This document shows, piece by piece, positions 20,701-32,700 of a stretch of 63,432 nt of DNA. Below the pieces are notes generated by a model. The model was not told the DNA's origin. It was given only the letters and a program-made list of their open reading frames with translations, and made no database searches. A program made the translations under genes and the position numbers. Numbering within the stretch: position 1 is the stretch's first letter; each line of letters begins with the position of its first letter. The DNA is from a bacterium (GTDB lineage: Bacteria; Patescibacteriota; Gracilibacteria; UBA1369; PNNO01): contig JAGGUZ010000015.1 in the NCBI GenBank assembly GCA_021158225.1, positions 1 through 63,432 of the forward strand, written 5' to 3'.

Positions 20701-23700
20701 TCCATCATATGGATTACATCCCCTTTTTTTATTTGAGTTTTCCTAGTTCCCGGAGAGATTACTTGTCTTGGAGTTGTATTAATGGTTCCATCACCATTAA
20801 GATTTTCCAGGTAGCCAAGACCTTTGTCGTTATTTGATGCAAAGAAATAGCTGTTTGTATCCAATGAGATTAAGTCGCCGTTTTTGTATTCCAATTTAAC
20901 TTTGCCATTTTCATTTACAACTTTTGAACCTTCTTGAAGGAATAAGTTAGTGAAGAAATTACTTTTAAATTCGGCGGTTCCTTCGTTTATAATTATCTCA
21001 AAATTTCCTGGTTCATATTTGGGGAGAGAAATGGAAGAATTCGGACCAAGTATTAATTGACTACTATCCGAGAATGTTATTGTGATTTGCGTGGCGGGAT
21101 CGGAACTTGTTTCGATTGAGTCGCCAAATCCATAATATAAAGTATTTTCTCCATTAACAGTAAACGAACCGTTAACTGCGGTTATCTCAATATCATTATT
21201 TACACGTCCGATTGTTGTTTGAGTATTTGCATTTTCAAGTACTTCAATCTTGTGTGAAGGTGTATAGGTGTTTTTCCCAATATTATTTAGAGAATCTTTA
21301 TATACTATTTCATATCCGCCTATTATTCCGGAATTTGTTTCGTTCCAACTAAAGTCCGTTGAAGTTCCGGAATCGTAATTTGTTCCAAATCCATGAACAG
21401 ATGGACTTTTTGGAATAAATTCAGATAGATTATATACACTTGGGGCTGTTGTGTTGCGCTTTGTATATTTGCTGTTTTTTGGCTGTTTGAAGTTTTCTTT
21501 TAAGTAGACATTGCCACCATACGAGTAAATTATGTCTTCATCCGTGTCTTCGTCTATGTCTGTTATAATTGCGTGATTTTCAAGAGAGCTTTCCCCTTCG
21601 TACATTAATATTCGCTCATTTACTCCTTTATCAGCATTGTAGACATACAAACCTTTTATGGCAGGGGTTGTATTTGCTCCTGTGGCTGTATCTTCGTCTA
21701 CGATATCGCTTGATATTGCATTTGTATTTACAGCCAGTAGTTTTCTGTTTGGAGAAGGGATATAAGGAGTATTGCTTGCAAACTCAGCTTTTGCCAAGTA
21801 GTGCTTAAGTGGAGAAGTTTTGTAGATATTATTTATATCCTTATTTGAATTTTGATTTTTAACATAAGCTATTAACGCACTTCTTAGTCCAATCAATTTA
21901 TTGTTTTTCATTAGATTCGGAAAATCCTCTTGCATAATTGAATTTTCGATGTCATTAATTGTGCGATTTTTTATATTCTCCGGAGATATATATGTTTGTT
22001 TTGCTATTAGATTATAAGAATCCGGAATTGTTTTAATATATTCTTCTTGTTCTTTCGCAATGTTTTGTAATTTGGCTATGGCGTTTAAATATTCATTTGC
22101 AAGATTATATGTTATTGCGTCGGCTGTTTTATTAATACCTTTGACGACACCGTTTTCAACAGTGCTTTCAATTTTATCCAAGTTTGGAGTTGGAAGTTTT
22201 TGAGGTAAGTTTGTGATATCTGTTACTATCGAATTCCATACTTCGGCAATTTTATTAACTATGTCGTACATTTTTTCGGTTTCAACTCTAAAATCCACTT
22301 TACTGGTAACTTTTATTTTTTCAACAAAAGGATAACTTATGGATGGGGTTTGAAATTTGAAAGACATATCCATAGGGAATACAGTGCTAAGAGGTCTTGC
22401 GGATAAAGCTTCAATATGAGTTTTTAGATTATCTTGACTTATAGGTAGTATCGCTTTTTTTAGCATACATATTAATTTGATGATTTTTGCGATTACTGAA
22501 AGTACTGCTTTTATAGAATCTGCAATTGGCGGAATTTTAGGTGGTTTAGGTATGTCCGGTAATTGTGGCATTGGGATAGGAGGCAAATCCGGTAATTCCG
22601 GAAGATTTGGTAATTCGGGCAACATAGGGATTTTCGGTAAATTAATACCGGTTTCAACACCTATATTTATTTCCGGAAGGTCAGGAAGGTCAGGAAGTTT
22701 AAGAGGTGGAATGTCCGGAAGGATTATTGATTCTGTTTTGAATGTTACATCTGGCCAGATAATTTTGTATCCAAGCTGAACTTTTGAAAAATCAAAATAG
22801 AAATCCGGTAGTTTTGGGAATGGTATTATTGGAATTTCAGGTATGACCCCCGTTATTAGAGTTATAAGATTTTGAAATAAACTATATCTATCGGACGAAC
22901 AAGAGTCACAACCTTTCATATATTGTTCCATAATTTTGTTTATTTCTTCCCATATTTGCAGGATTTTTTTAATTTGTTTTATAAGATCCGTCCAACCTTT
23001 AATTCTTTGTACTTGTTTCTTAAAATATCCTCCCATGTAATTTATAATTGTGTCGATATAGCAAATTACTTGAAGAAGATATTTTGTTTCTATTTCTCTC
23101 CATTCAAGAATTTTTATTGGTAGTTTTTTATATTCTTCCAATATTTGTATATTTTTTTCTACACTTTTAATTGTCTCATCTATATTTGCGTATAATTTTA
23201 CACAAGTTTGTTGTTTTAATATTTCCGAGTCGCTTTTATTTTTAAGTTTATTAAGATTACATGGTAATTTTAGCTTGTATTTTTTCACTTCTCTTTTAGC
23301 GTTTGCCACCCAGTTTTTAAGTTTCGTTTGCATTTTGGCAATTTCCGCCTGTGATAAAGAAGGAATTTTAAATGTTATTGGTCTGGCTTCAATCTCTACA
23401 ATCGGAAGTTTGTTTATATATGTAAGCACATCGAATAAATTTTTAAACTTGGCTTTTGGAGGGACTCCGCTTACAAATGCATTCGGATCCGGATAAAGTA
23501 CATATAAATCCGGAAGATCGGCAAGTTTTGTAACTACTTCATCCAATTGTTTTGCAAACCATCCTGCTATTATGTTTACGAAACCCGGTACGCGACTGTT
23601 TGTTTTCCCGGAACCGCTAACTTGGTATTTCCCAAGAACTGAGCTCCCGTTTAATCCGCCACTGTCGGATCGACCGCTAACGGACAAAGATCCACTGCTT

Positions 23701-26700
23701 CCGCCTCCGCCACCAACAAGCATTGTTGCTGAGTTGATTGAACTAACAACATTTCCCGCCTTAGCAATTACACTGTTGACGGCTCCGGCGATTGCGTTAC
23801 ACGTATCTGGTGGAAGCATTGGTACAACAGTAGACCAACAGGCTCCTGCAACGCATACGGAATTTCCAAGACTTCCTGTTAAAGTTGGGCTTAAAAATAT
23901 ACCAACAGGACCAAAAACAAACACAGGGGTTCCAGCGTCGGTACCTACTACAATTCCCATATTATTTATTTTGCCGGGAGCTAAGAATGCCTTATTCGTT
24001 GGCATTGGGATACATCCGGCTCCGCCTTTACATATATATTTGTCTATAGTGTTTGATATAATGTTTTCTATATCGTCAAGGCTTCCGTTAACATCATCCC
24101 ATCCATTTGGGATTCCATCATTATCGTCATCTCCCTCGTTTTGTGATTTTGCTATATCTTCAAGTTGGTCAGGTATTCCGTTATTATTACTGTCAGTATC
24201 ATCAAAAGGGGATGGCGGACTGTCTGGTGGAACCGGATCCGCTATGTATTCGCCGTATGTTATTTTCCCCGTATCCGGATCTTTTGAAACGGAGTAAAAG
24301 AAAAGTTGTTTACCCGAATTGTTTTCTTTTGGTCTAACGGCAATATCGGGATATTCATCTTTAATAAACGGAGTATCATAATTTTTGTTTAAGTCGAGAT
24401 CTATTTCCGGGACAGAGATAACCGATGCGTTATATGTAATAATTCTTGATTTGCCTGCGGGTATGGACATGCCACTTATTACATATGGTCTTAATGTAAG
24501 GCCTGTATCAATAAGTTGTATGTTGTTTTCGCACTGTAGACATTTCATTGAATCTTTATCGAGTTCAAGCGAGTCCGGCAAAACATCGCTAATCATAATG
24601 TTGTCTATATCTGTCGTACTTGTGTTTGTTAATGTTATTGTGTAAGTAACCTTATCTCCAAGAGCTACTGATGAGCCGTTTATGTCTACAGCATGTTTTG
24701 AAGAATCACTTGTACCGAAAATCGGATCTGCATCTGCAAAAATAAATGGAACATCAACAGGGGTTAAAAAATCTTCCGACTTTGCTCCCATTCCAATAAG
24801 TTTATTTTGGAGAGAAGAGTCTACATCCGGGTTTGTTGAAGGATCTCCAATATTAAGTTTTAAGGTTTTAAAATTAAAGTCATCATCTAATGTAGTATTA
24901 TCGCTTGGGTCATAAGGTATTTCTGTTGGCATTCCGGCGTAATTTATCAGAACCTCTTCTTTAAGGTCTTTATTCATATCAATATTAAGTCCTACATTTC
25001 CAAGAAGTTGTCCTTCCGGATTTATTTGTCCATTTTCGTTATAAAATACTTTTATATCTCCGGAGAATTCAGCGGTTATTATATCCGGATAATTATCATT
25101 ATTTACATCTGCAATTTTTATTGTGCTTATCTTGTCATGTACATCAAGCGGAACATTTACTCTGTTTAAGACACCATTATTATTTTCAAATATATATATA
25201 CAAGCTTCTTCGCCTATGCAGCTTTCTTTTGTAGAGAATAAAAGATCGTCGTAACCGTCGTTGTTAAAGTCAGCAGCCGCACCGCTGTAAATTCCGTTTG
25301 CAAGATCCAATAACTTTCCTTTATCTTCATACGGTTGTGCCGACAATTGATGCTCGAGTAATCTGACTTGTCCATCTTCAAAGGCGAGGACTATATCTTT
25401 AAGACCATCGTTATTGTAATCTGCGAGCATTAATTCTTTAATGGTATCGTTTGAACTGTAAAGTGGTTTTCCTATATCTTTTGTAAATCCGGATCCGGAA
25501 GCAAGTTGTTTATTATCCAATCTTACGGTTGGATCTCCTAAGGTTATTTCCGCATCGGACACATATGGAATATTTGACTCTCCAACACTGTTGCCGGCTG
25601 CAAAAAACAATGAATGTTTATTGTCCCCATCAAATCCGACTCCTTGTTTATCATAAATATCTTCTAATGATGTATATGAAAATCCGGGAGATTTATCCGA
25701 TGAAATTTGATTGAGAGATGTGCTTATTAAAGCTCCTTTAGGGTCATTTGTTGATGAAGTGGTAATATAGGAATCAACTTTATAATCAGAGAAAGGTTTT
25801 AATTGTTTTATATAAATGCCATTTTCATATTGTAATTCCGGTTGATATTTAAAATCGTTATTGGTTATTGTTGTGTCATTTTGTATATTAACGGCAAAGA
25901 TTATTTTTGCTATATCAGAGTCGAGATATGTAACATTTAATACTAAAAATGGTCCCGGTGTTTGCGCAACTGAAATATCGAAAGAATTGTTTGTAAGATC
26001 GACATCTCCGTTATTGTGAACACTAAGCACTTCTATCCCATTTAGCGTAATGCTTGTCTTATTGTTTGTTTGTTTAAAATCAAAGTTATCATCATCCGTT
26101 TTTGGGATTATATAAATTCCGTTTCCAAGAACATTTGTGTTTTTTAGTATTTTTATCGGCAAGTCTGATGGATATTGATAATAGATTTTAGCGATATCTT
26201 CCTGTGTATCTGATGTGGAAACTAATATCCTGTTTGGTAAACCGCTTTGATTGGAAGGAATAAAAGTGGTTTTAATTTGATCTTCATTTGTTACATCAAT
26301 TCCTCCATATGGGGTTATTACTGTTAAAGGATCGTTAATTTTTGCAGGCACAGTCATAGATGTTACAGCTTGGACATTGCCTTTAAACAATAATTCACCT
26401 GCAAGATATTTGTTTTTGGTGGTATCTCCGTACGGACCGCCGAGCATTGTTCCATAAAGAACATCCGGATAATCTCCGATTAAATCTTCGCCGGTTGCTA
26501 TTTCTGTTGCTTGTATTTCAAGTGTTCCTGTCACAAGGTTGTCGGACGATGCTGTTATATGAACAGGTCCGGAGTTGCCGTTTCCTAAAATATAAGCTTT
26601 AGCTTGGCCGTCTTCTGTATTTATAGTATCTGTTCCTTCAATTTTGGCATAATTGCTTGTTGCCTCGGTAATTTTAAACTTAATTTCTGTCTCATCTGCG

Positions 26701-29700
26701 TTGTCCGCAAAGTTTCCATATTTATCATATAGTCTGGCTGTAATTTCAACCGGATCTTGTGTAGAAGCATCAAATTTTTTCTGAGCTGAATTTAATTTTA
26801 TTGTAACGGGTTTATTTGCAAGCGTTTTGATGTCCAGTATTCCTGGAGTTATTCCGGGAACTGTGGCGCTTATTTCAAGTTGTCCTGTTTGCAATGCGGA
26901 AACAAACTCAATTGAGGCGGATCCATTTTCGAGATTCAAAGATTTCTCTCCGACAAAATTACCAACATTGTCATTGCTTTGTGAAAACGTAATCGGTTGA
27001 TTGAATCCTTCAATCGTTTCGCCGTTTGAATCTTCGGCTGTCGCAGTAATTGTAATTAAATCTTCACCATTTTCTTGCAAGCCTTCTTTGTTTGCGGAAA
27101 GTACAAGATGAATGTCCGGTAGTGATTTTACAGTATTAAAATTGTAAATGTCATCGACTTTGGCATGAACTGTTATGTCACCGGGTTCTTCGGTTGAATA
27201 AAGGTCTACATTAAATAATCCTTCAAACGATTGTAATTGGATGCCATCTTCATCCGGCTGTGTATCTGTGGAAGTGTCAAGTTCACCTGGGCCGTCCGTC
27301 CAAACGGTTATCTCGTAGAAATCATTATTAACAAGATTTTTATATCTATCCATTAATGATATTTCTACCGGAGTTTTAGATAGACCGTCGGTTTTAATAA
27401 CAGAGGATTTCGGATTGACTGAGATTTGAACAGGTTCAAGAGGTTCAACAAAAACTTGATGAATGTCCGCCGGCAAAGGAGATTCGACTCGTCTTGCCGT
27501 TATATTCACAAGACCGGCTTTATGAGTTGAGGTTATTTGAGTTAGCGCAATTCCTTTGTCCACTTTTACCAATTTCTGATCAATATCAATAGTTGTTGAT
27601 GATGGATCTTTAATAATAAATTCTATAGTGCTACTTGAATCGTCTGTTTCTATGTTTCCATTTTCATCCAATTCTTCCGCAACAAGAAACAGTTTGGATT
27701 CTCCATCTGCCGGAAGATTGTCTATATAATTTTCAACTTGGCTGTTATCACCTTCTGTGATTGTTCTGTACGCAATATCTTGAACAATGTTTCCAAAAGC
27801 ATTTATACCCGCAGTAAGATTGTTGTCGATATAGTCATCATTGCTACTTAAAGGATCCGTTGCCTGAAGAAGAACTTCGTCTCCGTCGTTAATACCTCCG
27901 GAATCTGTGTCCGGATTTAAAGGATCCGTTTTGTTTTTAAATTCTTCGCTATTAATGAGCCCATCTTTATCATTGTCAAATTTGGCATCATCCGGATTGT
28001 AAGGGTCAAGTCCGTATTTTTCTTCCCATTCATTTGTCATCCCGTCTTCATCGTCGTCAACCAGAGCATCATCCGAGGGGTCAAGAGGATTTTTACCTCG
28101 GATTATTTCCGAAAGGTCATCCATTCCTCCTCCGTCTGTGTCTAAACTGTCCGGACTTGTATTGTATTGATAAATCTCAAAATTATTTGGAAGTCCGTCA
28201 GAATCATTATCCATAGCATAGCAATCGAATGTTTGCATTGCTTTGTCGACCATCATCGCAAATTCTGCGCGTGTAATCGGAGCTTGTATCCATTTATCAA
28301 AATCTTTTGTTGGGATTTGTTTAGGATATATGTCTTTCTCTTTCGCTGTCATGACATATTTGTAATACCAGGGCTTACCGTTATCCTCATATTTGTCGGA
28401 ATTAATGTTTGCTGCGTTTAGTATTACTTTTGTTGCTTCCGCTCTGCTTATAAAATATTCGGGTTTAAAGTATCCCGTATCGGTTCCACCTTTATATCCA
28501 CTAACAACTCCGGAGTTCTTTGCTTCTTTAACGCAGTATTTATAATTATCTGAAATATTCGTATCTGGGAATGGGTTTTGATTATATAAATTATCTACAG
28601 ATTCTTTTGTCTTGTCGGAGAACATACTGCAGTTCGTGCAGGTAATTCCAAGAACCATCTGTACAAATTCTTCGCGTGTAATATTGTCGTTTGGATGGAC
28701 TGAATTGTCCGGTGCTTTCTTAATAATTCCTCTTAGAATAAGATTTGTAAATGCTGAGTATGAAGGATCTTGAGGGTCAAGGTCGCTAAATAATCTTAAA
28801 TCTTTTTTAAGCGGATCATATCCGTATTTTATTTCTTCTCCGTCATTAAATTTGTCTCCGTCCGTATCTTTATTTAATCTGTCTGTTCCAAGAATCATTT
28901 CTTGAATGTCTGTTAAACTGTCTTTATCCGTATCATCTTTTTGGGTACTCTGAGCGTATGCTGTTTTAATTGATCTTAAAATTTTACCGAGTAAATTCTC
29001 ATGCGTTTCTATGGTTCCGAGTCTATAACCTATTGCGACTTTGGCGATGTCGTGTCCTGTGGCATCTTCTATTACAAACAAATAAGGTTCATTAGGTTTA
29101 TCTTGGTTTGCTACATTTAAGAAAAATTCGTCACCTAGATATACATTTCCTTTATCTGTTATTTTAGCTATTTTCTTTGAGTATTCTCCACGGTTGTCAA
29201 CTATGTAGACATTTGCATTGTCTTGATAAGTAGTTATATTGTCTTGCGAATTAACATCTTGTACATGAACTCCTTGTAATGTTGACAATACGGATTCCAG
29301 GTTTACATTTGAGTCTTCCAAGACAACTGATTCTTCTTTCTCCGGCAAAATGCTCACGCTTGCAAGCTCGTCTCCGGATTTAATTTTAACTATTGCAATT
29401 CGCATTGGTTTACTTGCTGTAGATTCAAAAACTTCAACTTCGTAGTTAGTATCTTTGATTGTTATTTTTCCGGTTTGGGAATCTATTTCTGCAATTGAAT
29501 TACCTTGATCGTCTTTTACGGAATAGTTTTGTAAGATTTCTTCATCGTATGTTGGAGCTTTAAAAACTTGGTTTTCGTAAGTTAATACTTTAATTTTCTT
29601 GGCCTCACTTGTTAAGTGTAATATGTTTGAAGTTATATTGTTTTGTGTATTAACGCTTACTGCGCGCACTGTAAAATCTCCCGAAATATCGGTTGCGTTA

Positions 29701-32700
29701 ATTTTGAATACAGCTTTTCCGTTAATAAGATTTATATGATCGGATCCATATATCTCCGCTTTTGGACTGTCGCTGTCGGAAATAACAAAATATACTTGAG
29801 TGTAAGAATCAAAATAGTTTTGTTTGTTTGCGTCATCCATTGCGCTAACAATAATTTCATAAGGTTTTATGCTCCCAGTTAGAATCATATTCGTATCGTC
29901 TTGAAATTTTATTGATAGATTAACCGTATTTTCGGCTCCGTCTGGGATCCCATTCCCATCCGAGTCCGATAACGCTTTTTTAATGTCATCTTCGCTAAGG
30001 CCCTCAATAAAGGATGCTATATCGTTATTTCCGTCGGAGCATGCCGGTTGAAAACTTAATCCCTTCGGAAGTTTTGCCAGATCTCCAAGATATTTAACCA
30101 AATAAGCTATCCATGCAGGCAGAATAATAGCTTCGGATTCAGCTTTACTCCCAGAATCTTCTTTTTCTTCTCCTTCAAGATTTCCTTTTGGATTTAACCA
30201 GTCCGGATCGTTATCTTTAACATCCGGATTTTTATCTACGGAAAAATTAATTTTGTCGGCTGTTCCATCGGCAGTAAAGTAAAAATACTCATAACCGTTT
30301 TTTGTTTCGCCGGTATAAGCATCTTTTTGCTTATCCAAGTAAGTCTTAAATACATATAGATGTTTCTTATCGATAGATGCATTCTTCCACCAAACGGTGT
30401 CGTCAACCATTTTATGTGTGGTTTTATCAAGTACTTGATTCAAATACTTGGTTTCATCGGATTGTATTGTTCCCGTAAGTTTACCTGTGATGTTGCTTGC
30501 ATTTGCTCCAGGTAAATTAATAAGCTCATCTTCCATATCTTTTAATTTCTTCTCATAATCGTCAGCATCTTTGGCTTCAAAAATATTCGGATAAATTATT
30601 TTGTGATAAACACCGTTTGTATCTACGAACGATACATATCTTGGATCGTCAATTGGCAATGTGTCTATTGTACCTTTTTTAAGTTGATGTCGGATTGTCT
30701 CCGGAGTTGGTTCTTTGTGGAACTCTAAACTGTTTATTCCTTGATTAAATACTGTTGGAGTTTTTGTGATATAAAGATCTATTTTTTTGATATTTGAAAA
30801 TGGCGGTTTTTGGATAATAAAATGATTTTTCCTGTTCCCTAAAATTTTGAGGCCTATTTCATATGGATCATCAGAATTTATTTTATAGTTTAAATTGTAT
30901 TCATCCGGTTCGTCAATTTCCCCATCATTGTCGTTATCGACTCCGTCGAATCCTCCATAGATATCAAAGATGTCCTTAAATGATATAGACGGATTTGCTA
31001 AAAGTAATATGTCTTCATTCGGTCTATACTTAGGTCCCGGCAATGGTATTGCGGCTTTTTGCTCTTCCGTATTTGTAGAATTAAGTGCCAATATATAATT
31101 TGCCACTTCCGCAAGATAATTGTTAAAGCGAGATTTTTCTCTAAAATCGTAACATCCTCCGATTCCAAGTGCGTATTTCGATATGTCTTTTTTTGCCATT
31201 GAGCCGTTCTCGTCGTATATCCATTTTGATGCTATATCGGGGAAACATCGGTCAGGAGTACCAATTTTATCTCCATCCGTAGTAATCATGTTGCCACTAT
31301 AACAGTACCCATATTTATCAGCATTTGCTTGATCATCTTTTGTATCGAAATCGTATAGTCTGTTTAATTCGCTGTCGCCTCTAAAAATTGTACATTCTTG
31401 CGCACTGTCTAAAGTTGTGGCCGGCTTCCCATAATAGTAAACCGTATTGTATGTCCCCAAATTAGGATCGTTATAACTTTTTACATTATTATTTACGAAA
31501 TCCCAAGAAGTTAAATTTGCTGTTGAATTATCGTCAAAAGTAACTTGACCGCTGAGTTTTACGCTATTTATTATTGGAATTGTTCCTTGCAGTGGAGCAA
31601 CTATTGCATCAATTTTTCTTTCTATCGCATCGTTTACCATTCTTAAGTATTCTTGTGTGTGTAAATCTTTTGTAGCAATTAAAGAAACAATCGAGTCGTA
31701 GGAATCGTATCTTCCCGTGCCCCTTATAAGGTCATTTGCTTTTTGGAGATAATTTTTATATAACTCATTAAATTTTGTTGTGTAGGAAAGAACTATATTT
31801 CTACTATAAGCATCCGGAAGTCCTTTAAACATATCGGTATTTACAAGACTTTCAAGATTTTTGCCTCCATCTTCATCAATAAATCCATCTCCGTCGTTAT
31901 CGATACCATCTTGTAAATCTTCATCTATATGTCCATCCATATCATCATCTATTCCATCTCCTTCCGGAGAGGGTGTACCAATAATTTTTTTAAGTAATTC
32001 TTTCGAGAATCTTTTGTATGCAAGATCTTCAAGAAATTTTGTATGGTTTTCATATCTTTTACCAAGCGTTTTGTCATACATTTCTTGTTCCCAAATTAAA
32101 TCTGCGTAAAGAAGTTTTTTATCGTGAATTGTAAAGTCACTATTCCCAGTATGAAAAAGATGATTTTTATCGAAATAATAAGCATAGCTTTCCGGTGTGT
32201 CTAAATCTTCGGTTGGAGCTTTTATTACTCCGTGCCACGCTTCAATCTTAGGATTCAGGCTGTCTGAATTATATTCAAAGTTACTTGTTGCTTTATTATA
32301 TACATAAACCGGATGTATGAAATCGATATATGGAAGTATGCTTGTAAACTTAAAACCGTTTTTACTTACAACAGGAAGTGGTACATCTCCTATAATAATT
32401 ATGCCATCAAGCCTGCTTTTTCCATTAATGCTTTTATCTCCTTTAAAATATAGAGTTTCAAGAGCCTCCGCTATTTTATTAGGCCGTTGGCTTTTATTAA
32501 CTTTGATTATTACAGAACGAGTAAAAGGATCTGAAAGCTGAGTATCTTTTGCAAATCTGTAAATTCGTTCTCTTAAAGTTTGTTCAGGCAGATCTGCAGG
32601 GTACTTTGTTTTTAATCCTTCATAAGGATTGTTGTCGTTAATTAAAGATTCATCAACAAGAATTGCAATAATAGATGTTACTTTTACGGGGTCGTTTTTT

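Noticed and set aside
23572-24297. 241-aa plus-strand ORF, along with many other 60-110-aa ORFs, inside the giant gene
   Set aside because: It lies antisense to a continuous 15-kb ORF. Its composition (Pro/Ser/Leu/Thr-rich low complexity) mirrors the Gly/Ser/Val-rich sense strand. It has no start context or motifs, so it is a shadow ORF.
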